Position numbers and translations under genes: made by a program. The notes beneath the pieces were generated by a model, which ran no database searches, was not told where the DNA came from, and saw nothing but the letters and a program-made list of their open reading frames with translations. This document shows positions 35,699 to 47,362 of a stretch of DNA of 64,000 bases, piece by piece (within the stretch, counting starts at the first letter, position 1; the number at the start of each line of letters is the position of its first letter). Source of the DNA: Emiliania huxleyi CCMP1516 (taxonomy: Eukaryota); contig NW_005201286.1 of assembly GCF_000372725.1 (NCBI RefSeq), positions 1 to 64,000 on the forward strand, written 5' to 3'.

Positions 35699-38500
35699 AT
35701 GGACGCGGGCGAGGCCGGCGAGAGCGCGATGGCGGCCGCCGCCGCCACTGGACAAGCGGAGGAGGTCGACGCGCCTCCTGCGTGCGGCGTGAAGAGGGAC
35801 CGCCCTTCAGCGGTCCGCCCCTCTGATGCGGACAGCCCGGGAAGGTCCTCCCCGCTGATGCGCGCCTCCGAGGAGGGCGACGCGCGCACGGCCACCAAGC
35901 TCCTTGAGAGCGGCGCGGTGGCCGATGCCAAGGATGCCGATGGCTACACTGCGCTGACACGTGCCGCCGAGAAGGGCGACTTGGCGGAGGTGGAGGCGCT
36001 GCTGGACAGCGGGGTGGACCACCGAGCCGCTCTCAAGGCACTGCTGCGCGCCGTGAAGCACGGCTCCACGCCAGTGGTCGCCAAATCACGGCTCCACGCC
36101 AGTGGTCGCCAAACTGCTCAATCACGGCGCGGACATCAACGCTGAGGACCTCTATGGCCACAGCGCGGGAGAGTACGGCCAGAGCGCGCTCTGCCTCGTT
36201 GTGGAGAGAGGTGTCCTCGACGAGCTCGCGCGGAGCCTTCTCGACCATCTGCGGAGGCCCGGCGACGGGGCGCGACTGGCCGCGCCCGGCCCGCTCCCGT
36301 CCCACCCCTCCTCACCTTTCCTCACGCCGTTCCCTGCCCGCCAGCCCGAGGCGCAAGCCAAGGAGCCCGAGGCGCGGGTCAGGGAGCCCGAGGCGGGCGG
36401 CGAGGAGATGGAGGTGGACGAGATCGAGCCGACTGGGGCGGAGACGGCCGCTGCGGTGGCGGCGAGCGGGGGGATTGGCAGCTCGGCCGCGGCGCCCGAC
36501 TCCGGCACGGGCGCCGCCTCGAGCACGGGTGCGGGGACGTCAGCCGACGGGGCGGCGCCCCTGGCGGGTCCGCCGCCGCTGCGGCGGCCGCCATGGGTAC
36601 GGGAGAGAGTGAACGGGTTCTCCTGTTTCTTCTCGTTCAGCGCGCCGGACGATGTTGAGGACGGCATGTTCGACGACTACTACGAGCCCGTGGACTCCGG
36701 CAGAGGCCGCCCTCCGCTCGTGCACGCCTTGACCGAGTCCATCGGCCCCTGCGCTCACTACGACGAGGACGATCTGATGTGCGAGTTGTACACCGTCGAC
36801 AGCGTGGTGTGGGTGACGTCGATCGTGCTGTCGGAGAGCCCCGAGGGCGCCACCCACATCGCGACCGTCGCGAAGCAGCCGAGCTTCCTCGCGAGCGTGG
36901 CGGAGAAGCTCGAGGTGGACTCTGCTGGGCTCCACTTTGTCGAGCAGCCCTCCACGGCGGGCCCGGTGCGCGTCGACGCGCCATCGCCGCCGCCTCTGCA
37001 GCGGCTGCTCCGCGGTCAGAGGAGCGAGGTCGAGATCCTGGACGCGACCTTCGACTACTTCGACCTCGGCGATATCTACCTGCCAGAGCAGCGAGCGGCG
37101 TGGAGGGCTTCCGGGGAGATGAGGCTGGCGGCGGCAGAAAGGCTGGCGATATGCGAGCAGATGAGAACCTAGGAGAGGTCGGGCACGGTGTCCGAGGAGA
37201 AGTTCCGCGCGTTCGCCGAGAGAGAGAGGGCGCGGGGCTCCGGCGGGAGGCGACCGCGTGCGTGCAAGATCCGCCTCCAGGACGGCAGCGAGTTTTCCCC
37301 GACCGGCCGGGTGACGCAGCTCCGGCCGGTCGGCGCGGGGAAGGGCGCGCCCTACCAGGTGCTGCTCGACGACGGCCGGTACGTGTACCCGCGGGAGGAC
37401 GACGAAGAGTACATCAAGAATGCTGCCGGGCCGCCGGGCCGCCGACCGGTGCTTCACGGCGGGGTATCAAGCAGGCCTCGGCGGGCGGGCGGTGCTCACG
37501 GCGGAGGAGGTGGAGGCGCTGCTCTCGGACGATGGCCTGGACCTGTTGCGCGACGTCTACGAGACGTTCTACGACTCGGAGACCCGGAGCCGGAACCATC
37601 TACTCGGAGGAGTCGCCACCTTGCTCCGAGGTTTTGTGGTTCGCTGCCGGGCGGCGGTCCTCCTCCCCGGGGAGCCGCTGTACGCGCCAGCGCGCATCGT
37701 CGGTGTCCACAAGTCGGAGGCGCGGCTCGATCTGAAGATGGACATCGACGGCAAGGCGCGGCTCGAGCGTGACGTGCCGCTGTGGCGCCTCTCCAACGCG
37801 ATCGCGAGCCTCCTGCCGGGCACATCCATTACCCGAGAGTGCGTGCCGTCGCGTTGGCGCTCTCCTGCGGCGAGGGTGCGGAGCGGCTCGATCGGCTCGT
37901 CGTGGGGAGGGCGAGCGCGCGATTGGGCGTCGCCGCCATCGACAAGTGGCGCGAGCTGCTGATGCGCGCGGGCGTGTGCGAGGACGAGCCCGCCGCGGGC
38001 GACACCAGGCTGGTGACTGTCGGTGAGTACTCGCACCACGCCATCCTCTACTCGCGCTTGCACGGCGCGCACGAGGCGCTGGTGGACTTTCTGATCGAGA
38101 TCACCGACCCCGGGATGGATACTGCGGAGGTGTGGCAGCGCGGGCACGTGGAGCGGTACGACGAGTGGCCCCTCGACCGGCGCGACGTGGCGGTGGAGTG
38201 GCTGGAGTGGCTGCTCCGGCCGGACGAGCGGCGGGCTGGCTTCCCCGCTCTGTGCGGGTTTATCGCGCACGAGAATGGCCTGTCGCGCGAGGAGCACATT
38301 GCCCGCGACGACGCCGGTCGCTACAGCCTGGTGAGGGCGGCGGACGACGCGCTGAGCGGGTATGTGCACGAGCTCGTGTCAGACGGTAAGATGGAGAGTT
38401 TGCCGGGCATGGACTCCCCCGGCTGCGCCATCTGCCCGCGCGCGGTGCGGAGCTGCGCAAGGTGGGCGCAGCTGCAGCCGTGCCGAAACTGGTTGGTGGA
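35699..38500 (+). pseudogene. Ankyrin-repeat multidomain gene with several frame disruptions; structure unresolved
   Basis: Ankyrin motifs GRSSPLMRASEEG, DGYTALTRAAEKG and LLNHGADINAED. 28-bp tandem duplication at 36059-36113 shifts frame. Later GAPYQVLLDDGRYVYP segment. Further frame changes near 37170, 37440 and 37860. Confidence 0.5.
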
Positions 38501-39545
38501 CCTAGATACGCAACGCCCTCGCCGCCTCCCTCGCCGCCTCCCTCGCCGCCTCCCTCGCCTCCTCCTCCCTCGCTTCCTCCTCCCTCGCCGCCTCCCTCGC
38601 CGCCTCCCACGCCCCCTCCAGTCTCGGCGTCGCACTCCTCGACGACCTCAAGCTGCGCGCGCGCTCTGCAGTGCGCGCCGCGTCAGCGCCCGACGCCCGC
38701 GCCGGCCTCGCGGGCCATGGCGGCGGGGGAGGCCTCGAGTCGGTGCGTTGGGAGGTGTGCCCCTCGCTGGAGGGGGCGGGGTGGCAGGCGGCCGCCGCGT
38801 CCTCGCTCGCCCGAGCGCGGGGGGAGGGGGGGGGGGCTCGGCGGGCGGGGATCGCCCCGCGGCCGCGCGAGGGCGGGCGGGCGGGCCGAGGGGGAGGAGG
38901 GGAGGGAGGAGGGGAGGGAGGAGGGGAGGGAGGGGAGGGGAGGACCCAGGACGAGGGGCGGCATGTGCTCCACCGTTCTCGGACGTGAGGAGGGTATACG
39001 TCTCAATAGATTATTTACAAAAAATAGCAAAAACAATTTCGTGGCATCCATACAGTAGACAGCCGCCGCTGTCGTGTCGGCAGGAACAGCGGAGTGGAGA
39101 GCGTGTGGGGAGTGCGCGCCACCGCCGGGGTGCGCGTGCGGTCTCGTCTCGACACTGTCGTTACGACACACTCTCGCTCCCTTCCCCCACGGTGGCGTCG
39201 GTGCAACGATCGTACCCACGTTGCCACGTATACACGCCAATGCTCTCATCTCCGCCCTCGGCCCTCGCGCAGGCAGTAGCAGCGTGGCCATAATGCGCCA
39301 ACCAACTCTCCGGGCCCCGGGCGCGCCGCGAGCTCACCTCGTGGGTCCTCGGGCCCCACACCGGCCGGCCTCACCTGAGACGCAAGACCGACTAGAAGGC
39401 CCACCTCCGCCTCTTTCTTTCTTACCCAAGTACAGGTTAAGGTAAAATGAACCGCTTCTCCACCCGCACACGAGGTGTCGGGTGTATAACGTATAACTAT
39501 AAGTGGACTGTGGAGTCAAGAGGATGCGGTGATCTCCTCTGCTAG

Positions 39546-39716
39546 CTACCCCTGCACCCATGCCTCGACCTTCTTGGGCAGCAGCTGGTCCGACAGGTAC
39601 TCTCCGTGGCCTAGGCAGCTGTCCTCGCCCTTGCCCCAGGTCAAGAAGGCGCCGTCGGCCGAGATGGCGAGGCTATGGTACGCTCCAGCAGACACAACGA
39701 CCACGCGCTGGCCTGC
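39546..39716 (-). pseudogene. Orphan C-terminal RCC1-repeat fragment
   Basis: VVVVSAGAYHSLAISADGAFLTWGKGEDSCLGHG...LLPKKV*. Upstream sequence is repeat-like. Confidence 0.7.
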
Positions 39717-40277
39717 TCCCCTCCCCCCCTCGGGAGGGCCGAACTGAGGCGCCCGAGGGGACCCCGCAATTCCCTTCCCCCCTCGGAGGGCCGGACTGAG
39801 GCGTCGAGGGCCCCACTCTTTCCTTCGCATAGCGGCCACTCTTCGGATCGCTGGTCGAGCGACCCGGGGGATGCCCCGCGCGCCTGACCCAGCACCCAGG
39901 CGCGGAAACGAATCTGCGAGGAGGCGTGGCCGCTCATGCGGCCCGATGGGGAGGAGGGGAAGACGTAGGGCGTGCTTGCGCGCCTTTCCGAGGCCCCTCC
40001 AACCCACCCGCGCTAGGTCTCGGGTTTGACGCATGGGGTCACTCCCGCGAAACTCGGGAACTAGCCGGGGCAGTCGGAGAAGTGGCAACTCCGTGCACTG
40101 ACGGTCGGCCGTCAGAAAACACGCCTCCGTGGCTCGGGTTACACCAATCCTCGCTACCCAACGCGGCCAAAGGATATCCACCTCGAGAACCTCGAGAGGA
40201 CCGCTCGCAAGAGACCATTGGGTTTGTACTATTAACAACGAAGGCGCTCTCAAAAAAATCGCGCCGCGCCGCCGCGA

Positions 40278-41613
40278 ATGCTCGCCTCCGCCCGCTACGA
40301 GCTGCGGCTCGCCGTTCTTCCGCCCGATGCCCTGATCGCGATCACCGCCGGCGCGATGCGGGACAGCCCCGCTGCAAACAGGAGGGCCGAGGCGCTCCTC
40401 GCCCACCACAGCCCTCCGCCCGCCGTCGCGACCGACGTCCTCGCAGACCCGGACCTTGCGCCGTGCGTGCTCGAGAGGACGGGCCTGCGCCACGCGGCCG
40501 TGTGCAAGCGGTGGTCCCTGATCTGCGCGCCGCGCGGTGCCTTCGCGCGGCTGGTGGAGACCGCTGGCGATGCCTCCACCAAGCGGCTGTCGGGAGAGGA
40601 GGCCGGCAGCAGGCGGGTGGACGCGCTCATCGGTCTCTTGCAGGTTGGAGACGAGGACGAGAAGGCGGACGTCGCGGCAACGCTCCAGGAGCTTGCCCGG
40701 GACGGCGATGAGAGCCGGGTGGCGATTGCGGCAGCCGGCGGCCTCGAGGTGCTAGTGTCGTTGGCTCGCGACGGGAATGAGGCGCAGAAGGAGCGTGCGG
40801 CGGCGGCGCTGTGGAACCTCTCTGCCGACCACGACAACAGCGTGGCGATCGCTGCGGCCGGCGGGGTCGAGGCCCTCGTCGCGCTGGCTCGCGACGGGAA
40901 TGAGGGAGAAGGAGAAAGCGGCGGGGGCGCTGTGGAACCTCTCTGTCAACGCCGACAACAGAGTCGCGATAGCCGCGGCCGGGGGCATCGAGGTCCTCGT
41001 GTCACTGGCTCGGGACGGGAATCAGGGGCAGAAGGAGCGTGCGGCGGCGGCGCTGTGGAACCTCGCTTACAACGACGACAACAGAGTGGCGATAGCCGCG
41101 GCCGGCGGGATCGAGGTGCTCGTGTCACTGGCTAGCGACGGGAATGAGGTGCAGAAGGAGCTGGCCGCGGGGGCGCTCAGCAACATGATTGAGGTAGCGT
41201 CTGGCACGCACGAGGGCGTCGTGGAGGCTGGCGGTGTGGCGGTCCTCTCCTCTCTCACGCAGGAGGCAGGCGCCCCGGGCGACTGCAAGCTCGCTGCTGC
41301 CATGGCACTTGTGTACCTGGCCGGCAGCTGTCCCGACCTCGCGGCTGACGACACTTGCCTCTCGCTGCTCCTCTCGCGGCTGGATCAGCCCGAGGAAGAT
41401 GGCTGGCGCAGAGACAGCATCGTCGCCCTCCTCGCCCTCGCAACCTCCTCGTCTGCGTGCGCTGAGCAGTGGCACCGGGTCGGCGGCGTGGCGGCGCTGC
41501 AGGCGCTGGCGCGAGAGACGGCGGAGGAGGGGGTGGAGAGGCAGGCGGAGAGGTGCGACGAGGCGCTAGTCAGCCTCGGCGTGAGGAGGGTGCGCAGGCG
41601 GACGGCCGCGTGA
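40278..41613 (+). pseudogene. F-box-like + armadillo-repeat gene with frameshift near 40903
   Basis: Repeated NRVAIAAAGGIEVLVSLARDGN..QKERAAAALWNL. One repeat is 2 nt short (gggaatgagggagaaggag), shifting frame. Confidence 0.75.
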
Positions 41614-41906
41614 GCGCCCCAACGGAGCCGCGCGAGAGATTCATTTGAGAGATCGAGTCTTTCGTTTTCCTAGAATTCTTTTTTGCAAGGCATCCCACTT
41701 GTATTGGTGCCGCCGGCCTAGTCGTGCAATTCACGTTTACGACTACTAAAAATGCTTCCCGGTGCGAAAAAAAACTCGGAGGCACACCACCGAAAAGGGC
41801 TCGGCGAGATCTATCGATTGGCACTATTTCCGAAAAATCGACTGGATTTTCCTCCCCCGCCTTCGACTGTGTGCACCGCCTTCGACTAGTGACTGTCGGT
41901 GACAAG

Positions 41907-42512
41907 TGCGTCCAGACGAAGGCCAGCAGAGCCCACGGCGCCCAGTGCGGCACCATCAACGCGAACCCGCCGTACACCATCATCTCGCCCGCGTAAGTGG
42001 GATGCCTCACGAGCGCAAACGGCCCGTCGGTGACGAGGCCGCGCTTGTGGCGCAGGGTCACGTGCTTGTAGAGGTCGGCGACCACCATCAGCACGACGCC
42101 GACAGCGTAGACAATCATCGCGGCGCAGCACCGCAGGTGCGACGGCTCGGGCGCGATGCCCGATATCAAGAGGCACGCCGCGATCCAGTAGGGACCGAGC
42201 ACGAACAGGAAGCTCATGAGCTGGCTGAGCACCGTTGTCCTCACCTCCCACTATGCAGTGCTTGAGCAGCCAGATCAGGCCGTAGCTCCCGTGTGCGGCC
42301 GCGTAAAAGCAAGCGCTGGCGCTGTAGTTGTCAAAGTACCACATGAGGCCGAGCACAAACGGAAGCGTACCTGCAGGTTGATGATCACGTACCACGGCAC
42401 GCAGTGAGGGCCGGGCGGGAAATCCACGCCGATGAGCTGATTGAGTGCCGCTTGCGCGCGCGGGACTGCGTTGGCCTGGTACTTTGGCAAATTACGGCAG
42501 TGAAGGATGCGT
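41907..42512 (-). pseudogene. Steroid 5-alpha-reductase-like / DUF1295-type membrane protein pseudogene
   Basis: YVIINLQ, GTLPFVLGLMWYFDNYS, HGSYGLIWLLK and GLVTDGPFALVRHPTYAGEMMVY lie in changing frames (two apparent deletions). 3' end truncated. Confidence 0.7.
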
Positions 42513-44502
42513 TGCTCAGCCGGCCAGATTCGTCACGCCGAAGCGGCGCTGAGAGCGGCGGGAGCGCGTGTCAAGCTGCTCGACGTGTCACACGGCTTCC
42601 ACTCCGCGCTGCCTTCGCCTCTTCTCTTTCGACCGTTGTGGATCAAGCATACACCGTCCCTAGGACAGAGGCGGTCCCAACCTTCTCCCGCATTGACAGG
42701 ACCTCCTGGTGGTGGGAACCGAGCCAGACGCCCACCGCTCCGTAGCCAGTCGCAATTCCTGCCGTTCCAAGAGAAGCCCCCTTCGCGAGAAGTTTCTCAT
42801 GCCCAGAGATGGAGGAGACAAAACTGCAGACGAGCTGGACGCCGCCGTGCGCTGTCAACAGAATGCACCCGAGCCTCGTACTGGCACGTGCAGCAAGTGT
42901 CACTTGGGCGAGCAAGACCAGGCATGCGAGCACAGCAGCCAGGTGGATGAGGCGGTGCTCCTCTCCAAGATCCGCCAGATTCACGGACACAAGCCCGATG
43001 ATGAGCACCGCAACGTGGATCGGCTGACTCTGCCGCGTTTTCGCTGTTAGATCGCACGGCAGAGTTGGCGGCGACGGTGGCGACGAGATGCAGGATGATG
43101 GCGGCTCCGGCGCGCCGGCAGAGTCGTGAGGCTGCTCGCACTGAATCGTGGTGGCGGCAGCGGCAGCGGCGGTGAAGCCATTCGGAGCATTTGGCTGTGC
43201 GGAGGGTGTGGCATGTGGAGCGTCGAGGAGGTGGAGCAGCAGGGCTCGCTGCTGCCTCTGCAGCATCAACAGCTGCTGATGATGATGCACCGGCAACTGT
43301 CTGCCAACGGGCTCCAGTTGCTGGTGGAGTGCCGCAAGCGCATGAGTCGGGAAGCGGGAGGCGAATTGGTGCCACGGCAATGTGACCCGGGCAGGAGCTG
43401 GTGGAGCAGAGCTCGAGGCCGATGATGCCGGCCTCCCCTGCTGCTGGTTAGAATCGCCGAGAGTGGTCGTCTCGTCGCGCCCACCCTCCATACAACACAT
43501 GCAACGCGCCGGAGTTTTTCTGAGTGTCGTCGGTCTCACGGGAAAAAAATCTGTCCCCGTTCTCCCGGCCGGGGTGGGGCGCGCGCGGGGGCGGCGGGTG
43601 TGAGGCGAGTGTGCGGGATGTCTGTGGGCCCGAGAGCGATATGCCATGTCCGCCTTGCTTTGTTTCCTAACATCGAAGGCTAAGCTCAAAAAATCTCTCT
43701 CTGGCTGTTCATCTCCTCATCTCTTTCCCACCAAGGCGGGGGGCGGTGGGCGTGTGCGCGCGGCGCGGCGGTGTGTGTGTGGTGTGACTGCGATAGAGGG
43801 TGCGCAGCGTCCTAATCCAAAATCTTAGGATTCAGGATTCAGGCATCGCTTCAGTGGGGCCAAACAAAGTGAGTTTATTGATGTGTGAGGAAGGTACGGG
43901 ACACGAGGAGTCACGCGGACCGACTCGTCGGTGACTCTGCTGCACGCCGTTTCAGATTTTTTCTCAGCGTGAGCGAGACGTGGTCGTGGAAGAGTGCCAC
44001 CGTCGGGTAGGACGGGTCGGCCCGGAGCATCAGAGTAGCCGTCGTGGTCGCGGCGAGCAGCGCCGGCCACTCCGGCGCCGCGTCGGCAACATGGGAGCAT
44101 GTCCACCGGCGCCACTGGATTTTGGGGCGCTGCGCACGCCCCCTAACTGCGACAAGGGACCAACCAGCCGCGGCCGGGAGAAAGAAGCAGCGCGGCGACG
44201 CGAAGCATGAACTTCGCAAAAAAATACTAAACGTGCAACCTGCCACACGAGCCGCCACACGCAGTGCAGGAACGCTCACGATAGCGCTCTACCGGTGGGG
44301 GGAGAATCGTGGGTTGCAGACGCGTCTGTCTATATCTCTTCTACGGCCCCTACCTAACTATGGAAATCTCGACGATTCACAGTAGACGCGGATGTCCACG
44401 CGAGAGAGAGCCGCTCGGCGACACTCGATTGCCACCTTAATATGTCTATCCTCTCGAGCGGTGTGCAGCACTGCAGACGGCTCTGCCGAGTTCTTGCCGA
44501 TA

Positions 44503-44988
44503 TTACACGAGCACAGGCCGAGGGTTTTGCCGTGCCGACATCGACCCCCTCGCTGCAAAAGCAGCCGTCGCTGTGAGCAAGCTCGCCGCAAATTCCACGC
44601 CAAGTCCGGCCCAAAACACATAGGCAATGGTCGCTGTGAGGAAGCCGGCAGCGAAGCCGGTGATGCTGCGGCGCGGCCTCGGCGCGGCGCCACTTTCCAT
44701 GCTGAGGGACGCCCATTCACCCGGCAAGATCCCACTGCCAATTTCTTCTGTGACTGTTCCGTCCTCCTCGTCGTCGTCCTCGTCGTCGTCCTCGGCGTCG
44801 TCCTCGTCGTCGTCCTCAGGTTTGAGAGATCTCGCGCGCACGGCACCGAGCCCCGCCTGCTTTGTTTCTTCGGGTGGCGCCTCGGGCGGCGCTTCCGTCG
44901 CTTGGAGGCCAGTGACCAACTTCGCCTGACCGTCGGCGAGAAGAGCGATGGCCAACGTGACTGAGGTGCTGAGCAAAGCCTTCCGCAT
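44503..44988 (-). CDS. Small protein with signal peptide, acidic tract and C-terminal hydrophobic segments
   Basis: MRKALLSTSVTLAIALLADG, EDDDEDDAEDDD, FAAGFLTATIAYVFWAGL. Confidence 0.55.
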   Translation of the reverse strand: MRKALLSTSVTLAIALLADGQAKLVTGLQATEAPPEAPPEETKQAGLGAVRARSLKPEDDDEDDAEDDDEDDDEEDGTVTEEIGSGILPGEWASLSMESGAAPRPRRSITGFAAGFLTATIAYVFWAGLGVEFAASLLTATAAFAARGSMSARQNPRPVLV

Positions 44989-45436
44989 CTTCCACCTTCG
45001 GTCCTCGGTGAACGGGGGTGCGGTCCGCCGACAAGCAATGGCACCGACTTTCTTCTTTTCCGAGTTGCTGCAGCAGTAGCTATATGAGCAAGCCTGCTCT
45101 AGCCTCGCATGTCACTTCCTGTCGTCTGTTGTGTCGTTGTGCCCTTGTTTGTACTCTTGGCACCGTGGAGTGCTGGGGGGGGCGACAGGGAGGATATGGC
45201 CTTGAGTTATGTGTAAGCCGACTCAGTAAAGAGAGTGGGCGCACATGTGGGTGACAGAGCACCAGGAATTCCTTTCTTTTTTGGCTCGATTCTTTTTTCG
45301 AGATCGCTCCGGTTTGAAAAATTCGTCTTGTCTTTGAAGCGCTACCCAACGCGGCCAAAGGATATCCACCTCGAGACCTCGAGACCTCGAGAAAGCGTAA
45401 CGCGATTGCTTGCTGCGCGGCGTCGCTCCTTGACCA

Positions 45437-47284
45437 ATGGAGGCTGGTGTCGAGCGGCCCGCGTCGGCGGAGCGGGCGCTCGACAAGGTGGAGACGGGTC
45501 TGAAGATTGCCGACTCCGTACTCAAGCTCGGCGAAAACTCTGGGCTACCACTCCTGCCGGCCGTTTGCAGCACGGCTCGCGGCGTCCTTGAAGTCGTGCA
45601 AGCGTCGCAAACTGTGATCAATGATGCGCTGTCGATTGCGCAGCGCACGATCGACGTCCTCGAGCTGCTGCAGCGCATGGCTCAAAACGTGAAACGCATG
45701 GACGTGACGAGCCGCGCTCGCGTCGAGGACCGGATGCGCGAGTTGCAGCGGCTGCTCGAAGACGTGCGCTCGGCTGTTGATGCCTTGGGCAAGCAGGGCT
45801 GGCTGCGACACGTGCTCAACGTGGGCAGGCGCACCACGCTCTCGCAGCTCGACTCGGATATCACCAGCCAGCTTGACGACCTGTTCAAGTTCTACAACCT
45901 CGCCCGCGACGCGCACATCCTCGTCCGGCTGCAGGCGCGCGAGTATGCTGTCGAGGCGGAGGTGGAGCGGCAGGTGGCCGAGCGGAAGAGGCTGGGCGAG
46001 GCTGCCGACGCGGAGGCGCTCGAGAAGGACTGCGAGGTCGTGCGCGGCATCGCCGTCTCCTCGGGCGTGTCGGACGCCGACTTCCGTAGCGAGCTTCGCG
46101 ACCTTCCCGCTGAGGTGCGGGAGGCATTTGAGAAGCACGGCCTCAAGCTTGACAAGGTGCTCGAGCTGAACCAGCAGCAGAACATCAAACAGGACCAGAT
46201 CCTCGAAAAGCTGACGAATCTTTCAATGGGCGTAGTGCAGTCGACCCAGATCTCACGACTGTCGCTCTACGCGTACGACCGCAAGCCGGACGCGCCCCCC
46301 AGCAAGAAGGACAAGCCCGCCGCGTGGCTTGGCAGCGGGACGTTCGGCAGCACGTACCGTATGCGCAAGAAGGACGGTATCGACGAGCTGCGGTACGCGG
46401 TTAAGTTCATAGAGGACAGAGACTCGGAGCTGCCGCAGTCGAGGCTGGCCGAGGAGGCGCGGCTGCTGGCAAAGCTCGACCACCCCCACACGGTGCGCTA
46501 CTTCGACTCCTTCTGGCACACGGTCAAGGCGCGTGACGAGGACGAGGAGGACAAGTCGCAGTTTATCATCGTCATGGAGCTGCTTTCGGGGGGCTCGCTG
46601 GAGCTGAAGATGACCACGCCACCGCAGCCGCCGAGCGCAGCGGCCACATGGGTGCAGCAGGCCGCCTCGGGCCTCGCGTACATGCACTCGCTCAACCTGC
46701 AGCACCGCGACCTCAAGCCGGCCAACGTGATGCTCGACTCGACGGGCCGCGCGAAGATAATCGACTTTGGGCTCGCGTGCGTCTCTTCCGCCTCGCGGTC
46801 GCGCACCAAGACCAAGGTGGGCACGAACGCATACATGTCGCCGGAGAAGACCGCGGAGAAGCGGTACGGGCCGGCGGACGACGTGTGGGCGGCCGGCTGC
46901 ATCCTCGCCGAGCTTCTGCTCGGCCGCCCGATCGGCAACGTGGCGCTCGACGCGGCAAAGCGGCAGCGCGCGATCGCCGAGAGCAAGGTTGCGAGCAAGC
47001 AGCTGGGCTCGTGGGTCGAGGGTTGTCTGCAGGAGAGCCCGGGGCGGCGCCCGGCAGCGAGGGTGCTGGAGCAGGGGCTGGCGTCGGGTGGCCCGGGTGC
47101 GCGCGAGGCGGAAGAGCGTCGGGTGGCCCGGGTGCGCGCGATCGCCGAGGCAGCAGCGTCTGCAGCAGTGGCAGATGAGAAGGTTCGCGCGCGGAAGGAG
47201 GCTGTCGAACGCTCTCGGAGGGAGGCGGAGGAGGAGCGCGCTCAGCAAAAGGCGGCGGGAAGCGCACGCCAGGAAGCGGCGGCT
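45437..47284 (+). CDS. Ser/Thr protein kinase with MLKL-N-terminal-like helical domain; ORF continues in frame into RING gene
   Basis: LGSGTFGSTY, YAVK, HRDLKPANV, DFG, GTNAYMSPE, DVWAAG. N-terminal amphipathic helices ending GWLRHVL...LSQLDSDI. Phase-0 GTAAGT donor at 47285. Confidence 0.85.
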
Positions 47285-47362
47285 GTAAGTGTTCGGAGCA
47301 CGCCCCATACCGGTAAGGAGCCGAACCCGAACCTCCCCGCCAACACGCCCACTTCGTCGCGC

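Noticed and set aside
42643..43689. 348-aa minus-strand ORF and plus-strand fragments
   Set aside because: No recognisable domain and the coding strand could not be assigned.
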